DNA from: a virus
Lineage: Duplodnaviria; Caudoviricetes
DNA: 56,885 bases
Virus record (IMG/VR): IMGVR_UViG_3300049053_000087
Coordinates: 1 to 56,885 of that record
Reading direction: 5' to 3' (one strand)
The position numbers and the translations under genes are program-made. Below the pieces are notes generated by a model that worked only from the letters and a program-made list of their open reading frames with translations, searched no databases and was not told the origin of the DNA. Below are positions 18,911-27,990 of this stretch, piece after piece. Every line of letters starts with the position of its first letter. The stretch's first letter is position 1.

Positions 18911-19251
18911 ATTTAGGTCATGAAAAGGCACTCGCCGAAATGATGGAGTTAGATGAGATTGGAGTACGGATAGTGATCATGGAAATGCTTAGGGCTGGGA
19001 AATTGTCCTACACACGACTTACTGAACAGTATGTGCGATACTTAGAAGCTGGCAATACTGAAAAGGAGCACACTATTTCCACCCTTTCACTACATCTGGG
19101 GTTGGTGGCGGGCTCCGACAAGTCTCCGTTTGCCCAACACGGCCGGAAATATCTTTATGAAAAAGGTCTGTATACCGGTAAAGACGGTTCAATATTCGGG
19201 AAACAACTGGAGGAAGAATTTGGTAACAATGAAAACGAAACATCATTATGA
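18907..19251 (+). CDS. hypothetical protein
   Basis: ATGA overlaps at both ends. Confidence 0.6.
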   Translation: MNLGHEKALAEMMELDEIGVRIVIMEMLRAGKLSYTRLTEQYVRYLEAGNTEKEHTISTLSLHLGLVAGSDKSPFAQHGRKYLYEKGLYTGKDGSIFGKQLEEEFGNNENETSL

Positions 19252-19454
19252 AATCACCCGGCAAGCTGGTGTGCTACACCACAAAAGATAATACCGTTCA
19301 AAAAGGACGGACGTACAACAGTGATAACCTGATCAACGGTAAAGTAGTTGTACACCTGCTTACCGATGATCATAAGCATATCGAAGAGAACGGCCAACCG
19401 AAGAAGGTACTGGTGGATGGGAAGAAACTTACTATTAAAGGGTACATAGATTAA
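19248..19454 (+). CDS. hypothetical protein
   Basis: ATGA overlap with the upstream gene. Confidence 0.6.
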   Translation: MKSPGKLVCYTTKDNTVQKGRTYNSDNLINGKVVVHLLTDDHKHIEENGQPKKVLVDGKKLTIKGYID

Positions 19455-19463
19455 TATAATATT

Positions 19464-20090
19464 ATGGGAATTACACATCACATAAAGGCATCAATTGAAG
19501 GCCTGTTGAAACTTTCCGATGATAAATTATCCGACATGTTCAATATGTCCGGTAAAGACGTGAGGGCGGATTTAAAAGACCAGCTGACCAAAGGACACAT
19601 CTACGTCGGTTCTGAAAACTGTGAAGGCTTTGATCCGATAAAGGGTTGCCCGGGGCATGAGGAAAAGCCGCAGGCCGCAGTGTGGGTGAAGGCGAGTGAA
19701 CGGTTGCCGGGCTGGGGCAGGTCTGTTAAATGGCGATTGGATGGAATAGAAAGAAAAAAGTGCGATGTGTTCTACATGGCAAACGGGGAATCTCCAGCAT
19801 ATATGCCTAACTATGAATGGTACGACGAATCAAGAACTGCCACAACCGATGACCGGCAAACTAATGATACCGCAACGGTAAACGCAAAATATCTGTGCAC
19901 CTTCGAAAACTTTGAAGAATGGGTAAGCAAGGCAAGGTCTTGGATTGGGGGGCACAGGAAGGGAACGCTTATCTGTATTGATAACGCGGGTAACCTTTGC
20001 CTCATTGGTGAAGACTTCATGGCAGTTCGGGATTTTAAGCTATTCCCTGTAAAAGCTTATAGAATGATAAAAACTATAGAAGCTGTCTAA
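19464..20090 (+). CDS. hypothetical composite protein
   Basis: Contains a WVKASERLP phage motif mid-protein. Confidence 0.55.
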   Translation: MGITHHIKASIEGLLKLSDDKLSDMFNMSGKDVRADLKDQLTKGHIYVGSENCEGFDPIKGCPGHEEKPQAAVWVKASERLPGWGRSVKWRLDGIERKKCDVFYMANGESPAYMPNYEWYDESRTATTDDRQTNDTATVNAKYLCTFENFEEWVSKARSWIGGHRKGTLICIDNAGNLCLIGEDFMAVRDFKLFPVKAYRMIKTIEAV

Positions 20091-20835
20091 ACCATCTCCC
20101 ATATCCGAAAAGGACCTGCAACAGGCTGTCCGCCAGCTGTTCCACAACCATCAGTATATTTTGGTGAACTCCTATGTGTTCGATTGGGAGAGCGACCTGT
20201 TTTCCGTGACGAAATCCGGTAACGTGTATGAAGTGGAGATGAAGATCAGTAAGGCGGATTATCGGAAGGATTTTGAAAAAGAAAAGCACCAGCTGTTCAG
20301 GTCGAATGTACAGGGCAAAACGCACCATATCACCGGGCATCCTGCGCATCGATATTCTTGGGATGCAGCCAGGTTAATTGCGAAATTTATTTGTCCAAAT
20401 GTTGAATGGCAATATCCTGATGGATACTACTACGATTATCGGGCGCGAAAATATGTAACTGGGTACGGTGAATTATTTATAAGAAATCAGCAGGTGGAAA
20501 TTATGGCCCCTTGTACGACCATAAGCATTAAGGCTATTCAGGATATACTTTGTCCCAACCGGTTTTACTATGCATGCCCGTCGGGAATAATTTCCATTGA
20601 TAACCTTCCGCCATATGCAGGGCTTATCCATGTTGACAAGGACAAGGATGCTGTAATAGTGAAGCAGGCGCCTTTCATTCATAAGAGGCCACTACTGGGA
20701 GGTCGGATTACCAGCATCCTGCTCGATAAGTTCTGGTACCTGTCGCAAAACCAGCGGTATCACCTGCAAACGAATAATATTGAGTTTAAGGATATAAGCG
20801 AACAAAAACAAACCGGCCCGGAAGGGTTATTATAA
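20083..20835 (+). CDS. PD-(D/E)XK (MmcB-like) nuclease-domain protein
   Basis: WESD....K...YEVEMKIS.AD..KD..K.KH, PNRFYYACP and PYAGL. Frame is open from a CTG at 20083; start uncertain. Confidence 0.7.
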   Translation: MSKPSPISEKDLQQAVRQLFHNHQYILVNSYVFDWESDLFSVTKSGNVYEVEMKISKADYRKDFEKEKHQLFRSNVQGKTHHITGHPAHRYSWDAARLIAKFICPNVEWQYPDGYYYDYRARKYVTGYGELFIRNQQVEIMAPCTTISIKAIQDILCPNRFYYACPSGIISIDNLPPYAGLIHVDKDKDAVIVKQAPFIHKRPLLGGRITSILLDKFWYLSQNQRYHLQTNNIEFKDISEQKQTGPEGLL

Positions 20836-20836
20836 T

Positions 20837-21106
20837 ATGTGTGATCATTTAAATTTTCAAGCTTCTGTCAGCGTTTGCCGCCTTACGGCTGATACTGATC
20901 CCAATAATATTGTAGGTTATGCGGCAGATGTAAAGATCCATTGTGCAGATTGTGGCCTCCCTTTCGCGTTTACGGGACTACCTGCGGGTATATCAATGAC
21001 CAACAGCAGTCCAATGGTAAGTATCGATGGAAAGGAATTACGAGTTCCGCTTAAACCATCTAGTGATCCGGTTGACCAGGTTGTAAGCCTTATGAATAAG
21101 CAGTAA
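20837..21106 (+). CDS. hypothetical protein (CADC motif)
   Basis: Operon-packed ORF. Confidence 0.6.
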   Translation: MCDHLNFQASVSVCRLTADTDPNNIVGYAADVKIHCADCGLPFAFTGLPAGISMTNSSPMVSIDGKELRVPLKPSSDPVDQVVSLMNKQ

Positions 21107-21116
21107 TTTTACGGCA

Positions 21117-21344
21117 ATGCGCAGAACGATAATCTTCATACCAAAAGGCGAAACAGAAACGGTAACTGTCACGATCGAACATAAGCCTGAACTCAACGGC
21201 GCCGAGTACGCCGGCATTTGGAATATCGATACAAACGAAGTATGGCTCAGTACGCAGCTATGGAACCAGTTCCCGGTTAATGATCAAAAGCAGCAAGGGA
21301 AGGTGTTTGCTGGGCTGCATAAGGTGAGTAGAGTGCTAATCTAA
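21117..21344 (+). CDS. hypothetical protein
   Basis: Last ORF of the + strand early block. Confidence 0.55.
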   Translation: MRRTIIFIPKGETETVTVTIEHKPELNGAEYAGIWNIDTNEVWLSTQLWNQFPVNDQKQQGKVFAGLHKVSRVLI

Positions 21345-21451
21345 TGAATTGCAAATGTTTAACTAATGCTTTGCAAAACAATATGTGCAAATTTAGTGGG
21401 AAAAGTTACAATAATGTGATATTGAATTAATTATGAAATATTTTCGAATCA

Positions 21452-21471
21452 TTTTCAAAACATTTTGAAAA
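21452..21471. promoter_or_regulatory. palindromic operator-like site
   Basis: TTTTCAAAA-CA-TTTTGAAAA, a perfect 9-bp inverted repeat just upstream of a promoter-like box. Confidence 0.45.
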
Positions 21472-21487
21472 CATAATTGAAACGGAA

Positions 21488-21520
21488 GTTGAAACTATTG
21501 GCGCCGTCGTACTATATTTG
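21488..21520 (+). promoter_or_regulatory. Bacteroidota-type housekeeping promoter
   Basis: GTTG-N21-TATATTTG, close to the TTTG-N19..21-TAnnTTTG consensus. Confidence 0.55.
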
Positions 21521-21550
21521 AAAAAGAAAGCCGACCCAAAAAGGCCGGCT
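21521..21550 (-). terminator. intrinsic terminator, minus strand
   Basis: Minus strand reads AGCCGGCC-TTTTTG-GGTCGGCT-TTCTTTTT. Confidence 0.55.
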
Positions 21551-21667
21551 CACCATGAACCTTCGGACATTATACAACCCACTGTCGCAACAGGGCAATA
21601 ATGTCGAAAGCAATTTTGAAGCATTCAAGTGCTTCCTTAATAGCCAGGATCCACCCTGGCTTTTTTG
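21525..21667 (+). ncRNA. candidate structured small RNA
   Basis: Promoter box, then consecutive hairpins, then a terminator. Confidence 0.35.
21642..21667 (+). terminator. intrinsic terminator, plus strand
   Basis: AGCCAGG-loop-CCTGGCT followed by a T run. Confidence 0.75.
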
Positions 21668-21863
21668 TTGGCTGCTTTGCCATATTTAAAATAGGGGCCG
21701 ATTAGACAACCCACACTCTTAATTCTTACGCAACTATCAAAAATAGGCAGTTGAGTAATGTATTTAGTATTGGAATATGCACAGCTGTGGAAAAATGATG
21801 TGAATCTTTCTGTAATGCAAGCTGGGTGTGAGTTACAGCATTCCAAATATTTATAACACCCGG

Positions 21864-22040
21864 TTACTTTCCCAGGTATTTCCTTACATCCTTCACCATT
21901 GGACCAACAGCAGCAACCGCCTCGCGTAGCTTTTCTTCCGTGACTTCAAACGTTTTTGTCCAATAAGTTACTTCATGTACCTGGTTAACATTGATTCGGA
22001 TATCATCCTGTTTACCGGTTTTACTTTTATCGTCAGGCAT
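21864..22040 (-). CDS. DUF3606-family protein
   Basis: MPDDK.K.G.QD..RIN.....EV.YW....V..E.L.EAV..VGP....VR.YL. Confidence 0.8.
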   Translation of the reverse strand: MPDDKSKTGKQDDIRINVNQVHEVTYWTKTFEVTEEKLREAVAAVGPMVKDVRKYLGK

Positions 22041-22107
22041 AAAAATTCGATTTAAAAGGTGAATGAATACATATAAGTTACTGAGAAGCTGGGTCAACGC
22101 CAAAAGC

Positions 22108-22746
22108 TTACCTTTTAAACGCCATACTTAGTATGTTCTGCAGGCCGTGCTTACTCTTCCGTACTATATCCTCATGACCGGATACCGCCACCTTTCGCCA
22201 GCCGTAGTCGGCCATCATTGCAGCCAGGGATATTTCATTGAAATGACGGATATGTTCGTCCGGCTTACGGTGAGGGTACATACCATCAAACCAAGATTTG
22301 CCCTCGGTAATAATATGGCAATAAGGGAGTGACAAGCAAATCGTTTCAGTGGGTAGATCTTTTACAAAATCAAGGCTGGGAAAATGCTCCAGCACATCCC
22401 AAAATGTGATCACGTCAGCCTTTATAATCTCTGGCATAACGTAGGCGCCATCCAGTGGAACACCAGTAACATCGTGGCCATACACATGTTTAATGTGCTG
22501 TTTGGCTGAATTGATGAAGGCGCCGTTACCGTAACCGACATCCATAATGGAATTGACCGGTTTGCCATGGACGCCATGAACAAAGCCGAGGCGCAACGCC
22601 TGCAGTAGTTCGGAGCCCCGTACATATTCAGGTGTATCGTATGTAGCCGAATAAGCGGGATCATAAACGAATGGCCGGTGATCGGTTTGAACAATCACAC
22701 CAAAGCGGTCTACTTCATATTGGCGGCCGTGGGAGGTAAATTTCAT
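22108..22746 (-). CDS. class I SAM-dependent methyltransferase (glycan-cluster type)
   Basis: IMDVGYGNGAF, DVITFWDVLEH and EHIRHF. Confidence 0.85.
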   Translation of the reverse strand: MKFTSHGRQYEVDRFGVIVQTDHRPFVYDPAYSATYDTPEYVRGSELLQALRLGFVHGVHGKPVNSIMDVGYGNGAFINSAKQHIKHVYGHDVTGVPLDGAYVMPEIIKADVITFWDVLEHFPSLDFVKDLPTETICLSLPYCHIITEGKSWFDGMYPHRKPDEHIRHFNEISLAAMMADYGWRKVAVSGHEDIVRKSKHGLQNILSMAFKR

Positions 22747-23450
22747 GTTAGAATGTTTTCATTACTTGTAAATAGTAAAGTGTTTGTTTTGTTTCGTTTA
22801 GGTTCCAGGTAATAGGTTTTGCCCAGGCCCTGGGCTAACGTAAGTGCTACTGACTGGTTGCAATACAGTGCATTACAATCCCGGATCAGTTGTGCCATCT
22901 CCAAAATGTTTTGGGTTGGCAGGTGCGGTAGGTTGCCATACAACCGGCAGAACTCAGCGTGTTCTTCCTCAAAGCCGATGAAGTAGACTGGTCCCGCGAT
23001 GTTTTTAAACACCCGCTCCCAATTCACCTGGCTGCCGTCCCGCCAGCGTGGAGTAAGGTGAATAAGACTGTATTCACCAGATGGCGCACCAGGTGCGACG
23101 CCAGTGATTGTTAACCAAGGTTTGTTCCATCCTGTGGTCGGAAGCCCAAAGCGGGCAAGCATGTTCACAATAATATGAATGCGCCCGCGGCCACGCATTA
23201 ACCTGAAGCTATCTATGTCATAGTCGAACTGCAGGCCCGGTTCATATACCATGGAGTCAAAGCCGCCGGCTGTACACAGCACATCAAAGCCCTGCATTCC
23301 CAGCAGGTCTTTCATTACCGAATAGAGATTATGGAACGGTGGTTTATACCAAGACTCTTTCACATAAACGCGGGTAACGCCCAGCTTTCGCATGACCGGA
23401 ATGGCATAGACGATATCGCCACAACCGCCAGAGGTAGCTGCTGTAATCAT
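22743..23450 (-). CDS. GT-B glycosyltransferase, GT9/heptosyltransferase-like
   Basis: N-terminal GGCGD; C-terminal ILEMAQLI......NQS....LA.GLGK. Start MITAAT overlaps the upstream stop. Confidence 0.65.
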   Translation of the reverse strand: MITAATSGGCGDIVYAIPVMRKLGVTRVYVKESWYKPPFHNLYSVMKDLLGMQGFDVLCTAGGFDSMVYEPGLQFDYDIDSFRLMRGRGRIHIIVNMLARFGLPTTGWNKPWLTITGVAPGAPSGEYSLIHLTPRWRDGSQVNWERVFKNIAGPVYFIGFEEEHAEFCRLYGNLPHLPTQNILEMAQLIRDCNALYCNQSVALTLAQGLGKTYYLEPKRNKTNTLLFTSNENILT

Positions 23451-23995
23451 GGATAAACGATAAGAAGATTGCGAATAACCGGATTTGCGCAATAATGGAA
23501 ATTATAGGCCGGGTTAATACTCTTCAAGTCAGAATCTAATTCATCCTCACAATATTTCGTCAGTCGGGTGTCGGTCATATAAATAAGGTCATCAATAAGG
23601 ATAACATGATCAACGCGGCCCGTTTTTTCAATTTGCTTTAATTCCTGTTTTAAAGGAAATGGATTTTTGCCTGGGTTCGTACCATCCAGCATTTGCCAAT
23701 GGCTATCCAACCAGAAGGTAATCGGCTCATTAAAACATCCGAGAATTTCACTCAGGCATTCCGCACTGTCGCCATGATGGATATAAATCTTACCGCTTGG
23801 CTTGTTTTCTTGTAGGTCAAAACGGCTTATGCAAAATTCAATTGCTGTGGGATCATTATCAATGCTGATGATCTTTTCGTATCCTGCATCAAGCGCCAGC
23901 TGGATACCGTCGCCCCGGTAACTTCCGGTTTCGATGAATACCCGGTTATCGCCTTTGAATTCTGCAAACAGGTTGCGGGTGGGGTGCATACTCAT
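23447..23995 (-). CDS. SAM-dependent O-methyltransferase-like protein
   Basis: FIETGSYRGDG, HGDS, FWLDSH and ILIDD. Confidence 0.8.
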   Translation of the reverse strand: MSMHPTRNLFAEFKGDNRVFIETGSYRGDGIQLALDAGYEKIISIDNDPTAIEFCISRFDLQENKPSGKIYIHHGDSAECLSEILGCFNEPITFWLDSHWQMLDGTNPGKNPFPLKQELKQIEKTGRVDHVILIDDLIYMTDTRLTKYCEDELDSDLKSINPAYNFHYCANPVIRNLLIVYP

Positions 23996-23997
23996 AG

Positions 23998-24849
23998 TTA
24001 TATCTTTTTGTTTTCAACTGCCCAATTAAAGATTGCTTCCGGTTCGCAAAATTGGCAGCCTTTATATTGCCCGCTTTCAATATCGGCCGGTGCCGCCCAT
24101 GCGTTCATCATAAGGTTGAGGTGTTTCGGATAAAACATAGTGACAGGGCAAGAAACTGTCGGTGCCAGAATACCCAGGCCAGAAGGGAAGGAGAAGAAGT
24201 ACTTCAGTATTTTCATAATCTCAATTACCACACCGAGTGGTTGCCCGATAGTATTAACGTAAGGGATACCTTCTTTTTCAAGCAGCTTCACAAGATTCCC
24301 GCCGAGATCGAGATCCCACTCGGCACCTATAATTACGAACTTATAACCCGAGTTATGCCGGTATACCATTTGGGCAAGCTCGAGCCACTTATGTTCGTTC
24401 CAGAAACCCCATGCCCGGGAAGTGTTGTATGAACTGCCATACAGTCCTATAAACTCGCGACCTGAACAATCAAGGATTTTATTCATTGCCTGGAAGTTGA
24501 ATTGTTCAGTGTCCCAATTTATACGGAAAGATGTATCCAGGTCGGGGAAGAAAAATTCAATCCGCTTTCCAGCTTCCAGATGTTTATTGGCGCTTAAATA
24601 AAAGTTGTCAGATTTGATATCCCGGAAGCTTTTCTTCTTAAACTGAACATTGTTTTTTTCAACAAAGTCGGTTCGCATTTTAACGTACCTGGTTTCAGCG
24701 GCTACCGATGGTAACAGGTCGAAAATTTGTTTACCCCGTTGCGGCTTGCCATCCGGCATTTCGAAAATAAATTGCTCGTTTGCATTTACCAGCTTTTGCA
24801 ACAGCCATATATTATCCCCGATGCCCGGGCATACTTTAATCGTTCTCAT
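23998..24849 (-). CDS. GT-B glycosyltransferase, GT9-like
   Basis: PGIGD at the N-terminus; W...KW.EL, VIIG, NTIGQ.L and PSGL..LA motifs. Confidence 0.7.
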   Translation of the reverse strand: MRTIKVCPGIGDNIWLLQKLVNANEQFIFEMPDGKPQRGKQIFDLLPSVAAETRYVKMRTDFVEKNNVQFKKKSFRDIKSDNFYLSANKHLEAGKRIEFFFPDLDTSFRINWDTEQFNFQAMNKILDCSGREFIGLYGSSYNTSRAWGFWNEHKWLELAQMVYRHNSGYKFVIIGAEWDLDLGGNLVKLLEKEGIPYVNTIGQPLGVVIEIMKILKYFFSFPSGLGILAPTVSCPVTMFYPKHLNLMMNAWAAPADIESGQYKGCQFCEPEAIFNWAVENKKI

Positions 24850-25534
24850 AATTTGATTTGTTTGGGAATAAAAGATTAAGCACCAGCTCCATATCTTTAT
24901 TTAGGCCGCGATCATCCAACGAGAAGTATGTCCGACCTTTAATCATATCGCCGATTGTATTAAATGGCAACGCAATTTTAATTTTCAAATCAGGGTAATG
25001 GTCACCGGTAATACCATTGTAACTGCAATAGATGGATTTTATAGCATACCCCCAGGCAATGTTCCAGGGCAAACCGGCAATAGCCCGAACGAGCTTTTCC
25101 TTTTCGAATACCATCCCACCATGGCCATAGTTGAATCCGGTACCTCCTAACTTATGGTAAGTATTGACCAATGTATTACGGTAAGTCTGGTGAGGGCTGA
25201 ATATTTTAATTGATTCTTCCAGTGTGGCGCAGTAATTATAATTGACCTGATATGGTTGAAGAAGAAATTCGTCATCAGAAATCCATGCGAAGGAATCACT
25301 GACCCGCTTATCCTCGCAGGCGGCCAATATCGCATTACATATATTACGTTGCTTGTGGTGCCGTTCCGGAGACTCTGTGAATGTAATGTGGAATACGTTC
25401 CGAAGAAAGCGCGGGCAGTCTCCGATGATGAATATATTTTCCAACTCAGGGAAGAACATTTGAATTCCCCGCAACGCATAACGCAGCTCAATGCCGTCGT
25501 TAACGCTGTTTTTGTAAGGAATTACTATATCCAT
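24836..25534 (-). CDS. Stealth-like hexose-1-phosphoryl transferase
   Basis: MDIV.PY, ELRYALRGI..F.P..NIFIIG..P.FL, SD.F...SDD.FL, FSLDD and LFP.KS.YE resemble Stealth CR1/CR2/CR4. Confidence 0.7.
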   Translation of the reverse strand: MDIVIPYKNSVNDGIELRYALRGIQMFFPELENIFIIGDCPRFLRNVFHITFTESPERHHKQRNICNAILAACEDKRVSDSFAWISDDEFLLQPYQVNYNYCATLEESIKIFSPHQTYRNTLVNTYHKLGGTGFNYGHGGMVFEKEKLVRAIAGLPWNIAWGYAIKSIYCSYNGITGDHYPDLKIKIALPFNTIGDMIKGRTYFSLDDRGLNKDMELVLNLLFPNKSNYEND

Positions 25535-25545
25535 AACGTGATAAT

Positions 25546-25587
25546 AGCTTTATTTAAGCGAAAATAGCTTGTTTTGAGCTAAATTTG
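25546..25587. promoter_or_regulatory. tandem AGCT-N7-AGCT sites plus TAAATTTG box in the divergent gap
   Basis: Sites at 25546-25560 and 25566-25580; TAAATTTG at 25580-25587. Confidence 0.75.
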
Positions 25588-25604
25588 TGCATAATAACCT
25601 CAAT

Positions 25605-26108
25605 ATGCCAGCTCCAAAGGGCAATAAATATGCAATAGGTAATAAAGGCGGTCGCCCACCAGTGTTTAAAAACCCCAAACATCTTTCGAAAAAGGTTGAT
25701 GAATACTTCGATTACATACTGGGAGAATTTCATATCGTAGGTAAGAAAAAGGTTTTTGATCGAGAACCAGAGCCTGCAACAATAATGGGATTAGTGCTAT
25801 ATCTTGGATTCAATGGAAGGCAATCGTTGGATGATTACGCAGAAAAGAATGAAGAGTATTCAGACGTTATAAAAAGAGCCCGGGCGAGAGTGCAGTATGA
25901 GTACGAAAAGAGGCTCAGTGAGCCGAAGCCTACCGGGTCGATATTCGCCTTGAAAAATATGGGATGGTCCGATAACCGAGGTATAGAACTTACCGGAGAT
26001 CCTGATAAACCCGTTGAAGTGCGAACTCAAACGAATGTGGATTACAATAAGCTCTCAAATGAGGTCTTGGAAGCCATAGCAAAGGCACGAAAACCATCGA
26101 ATGAGTGA
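25605..26108 (+). CDS. terS: terminase small subunit (P22 gp3-like)
   Basis: MPAPKGN.YA...GGRPP, TIMGL.LYLG and GSIFALKNMGWSD; precedes TerL. Confidence 0.85.
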   Translation: MPAPKGNKYAIGNKGGRPPVFKNPKHLSKKVDEYFDYILGEFHIVGKKKVFDREPEPATIMGLVLYLGFNGRQSLDDYAEKNEEYSDVIKRARARVQYEYEKRLSEPKPTGSIFALKNMGWSDNRGIELTGDPDKPVEVRTQTNVDYNKLSNEVLEAIAKARKPSNE

Positions 26109-27573
26109 TAATGATCCTATCATATTGGACGGTGACAAGGCTTCTGCTGTGCTATGTAAACGCAAATTTTCATGGTTCGTCCGGGAGTTCTGGGAAATAA
26201 TTATCGAAGAAGAATTGGAGTGGGCGCCACACATGGATGTGTTATGTGACGAAATTCAGGCCGTTTACGAACGTGTAATTGCCCGCCAGCCAAAGCTATA
26301 CGATATCATTATTAACATCCCACCAGGTACATCAAAGTCGACCATCGTTACGATAATGGCGCCAGTGTGGAGTTGGACGATAGACGATTCCTTACGCCAT
26401 ATTACCGCCAGTTATTCGATGGACCTATCGACTGAACATGCTGTGAAAAGCCGTGATATCATGCGTTCAGCAAAGTACAGGCGATATTTCCCGCATGTTA
26501 AAATCAAGCCAGACGAGGATAATAAAACCAATTACAAAACAACTAAGAACGGCCAGCGATTCGTTACATCAGTTACTGGTACCGTTACCGGCGTACATGC
26601 GCATATAATTACAGTAGATGATCCGCTAAATCCAAAACAGGCTGCCAGCGAAGCGGAGCTGGCAGAGGCTAACAGGTTCTTTGATCAGACTATTACAACC
26701 CGCAAAGTTGATAAGCGTGTTACCCCACTCATTCTGATCATGCAACGGCTGGCGCAGAAAGATCCATCCGGCCACCTGCTGGAAAAAAAGAAAACCGGCA
26801 TACGCCATATTTGTTTACCTGCTACGGTTGACGGAAAAGTATCACCTGAAGAATATAAAGCTATTTACCAGAACGGATACCTGGATTACAATCGCCTGGG
26901 GCCATCTATATGTGAGGAAATGAAGGTTGACTTGGGAGCCGCGGGGTATGCCGGGCAGTTTGATCAAACACCGGTACCAGCTGGTGGCCTTATCTGGAAA
27001 AAATGGTTCATTGAGGTGCCGGAAGAGGATTGGCCGGATAGGAGTAAAGGCACCGACTATGGAACGGACTGGGACCTTGCGTATACAAAAGATGATGAGA
27101 ATGCGGCTACCGCATATGTCGATTCCTTCAGGTTTAATAACCGCATATTCATTGATGACTTTGATTGGAAATGGCTGGAAATGCCGGAACTGATAAAGTG
27201 GATGAAGACTAAAAACCCGCCTTATTATATTGAGGCCAAAGCATCGGGAAAGAGTGCGAAGCAAATTTTATCTAAACAGGGAATAGTTGCGATAGAAGTC
27301 CCGGTAAAGGGCGGCTCCGATAAAGTAGCCCGGGCACGCATGGCCACGCCGATAGCTGAATCAGGGATTGTTTATATACGCAAAAGCATGGCGGACCGGC
27401 TGTATAACGATGCTAGGCAGGGCATTTTGTTTTTTCCAAAAGGACAGTTTAAAGACCTGGCCGATGCCCTGGCCCAATGTCTACAGCGCCACAGTGTTGT
27501 TGGCTTTAAATACCACTCGGAGGATCAGTATGAGAAGGAGGAAGAGGATATTTTGGGGCAGCTGGGGTATTAG
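26101..27573 (+). CDS. terL: terminase large subunit
   Basis: INIPPGTSKST Walker A, TGVHA..ITVDDP, IMQR, nuclease acids in DWDLA, IE.KASG and KDLADA. Confidence 0.92.
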   Translation: MSDNDPIILDGDKASAVLCKRKFSWFVREFWEIIIEEELEWAPHMDVLCDEIQAVYERVIARQPKLYDIIINIPPGTSKSTIVTIMAPVWSWTIDDSLRHITASYSMDLSTEHAVKSRDIMRSAKYRRYFPHVKIKPDEDNKTNYKTTKNGQRFVTSVTGTVTGVHAHIITVDDPLNPKQAASEAELAEANRFFDQTITTRKVDKRVTPLILIMQRLAQKDPSGHLLEKKKTGIRHICLPATVDGKVSPEEYKAIYQNGYLDYNRLGPSICEEMKVDLGAAGYAGQFDQTPVPAGGLIWKKWFIEVPEEDWPDRSKGTDYGTDWDLAYTKDDENAATAYVDSFRFNNRIFIDDFDWKWLEMPELIKWMKTKNPPYYIEAKASGKSAKQILSKQGIVAIEVPVKGGSDKVARARMATPIAESGIVYIRKSMADRLYNDARQGILFFPKGQFKDLADALAQCLQRHSVVGFKYHSEDQYEKEEEDILGQLGY

Positions 27574-27769
27574 GTTCCTTTCCTAATTGTTTACACGTTT
27601 CTATGTAATCATCAACCGCTTCCTGAAATGCTGCTTCCAGCTCTTTTTCGGATGTGCCCTCAAAGTTTACAAGGTCATTGATGCCGACGATCTTTCCATA
27701 GTACACCTCATCTACCGCGCTATATTCTATAGATGCAGTAAAGCCTTTGTAAATTAATTCTTTATTCAT
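27506..27769 (-). CDS. HicB-family antitoxin domain, orphan
   Basis: YKGF.ASIEYS..D..YYGKI.GI.DLV.FEG....EL..AFQEAVDDY...C...GKEP. Confidence 0.85.
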   Translation of the reverse strand: MNKELIYKGFTASIEYSAVDEVYYGKIVGINDLVNFEGTSEKELEAAFQEAVDDYIETCKQLGKEPNTPAAPKYPLPPSHTDPPSGI

Positions 27770-27775
27770 CTGGTC

Positions 27776-27988
27776 TTAAATTTTACCCGCAATTTTGCGC
27801 CATTCATCAAATGAGGGTGACTTTTTATAATTCATTATAACTACGCCATCAGTAATTGAGATATTAAAATACTCCGTCACATTTTCCCCCTTCAGGTTTA
27901 TAACTGATGCCCGGTCAACTCCATTATGATAAACCGTGAAAGGTGATTTACTACTAACAGGCTCTTCGCAGCCGTTCGTTCTTTCCAT
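27776..27988 (-). CDS. hypothetical protein
   Basis: Part of a tight minus-strand cluster. Confidence 0.55.
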   Translation of the reverse strand: MERTNGCEEPVSSKSPFTVYHNGVDRASVINLKGENVTEYFNISITDGVVIMNYKKSPSFDEWRKIAGKI

Positions 27989-27990
27989 AA

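Noticed and set aside
21463-21495. Repeated (A/G)TTGAAAC-like words resembling CRISPR repeat ends
   Set aside because: Units are only about 12 bp apart, with no full repeats, no spacer-length gaps and no cas genes.
22108-23995. The two cassette methyltransferases as DNA methyltransferases
   Set aside because: They lack DPPY/NPPY or PC catalytic motifs and resemble small-molecule/sugar methyltransferases.
27776-27988. HicA toxin partner for the HicB domain
   Set aside because: Size and position fit, but no GSH-type motif or HicA pattern is recognisable.
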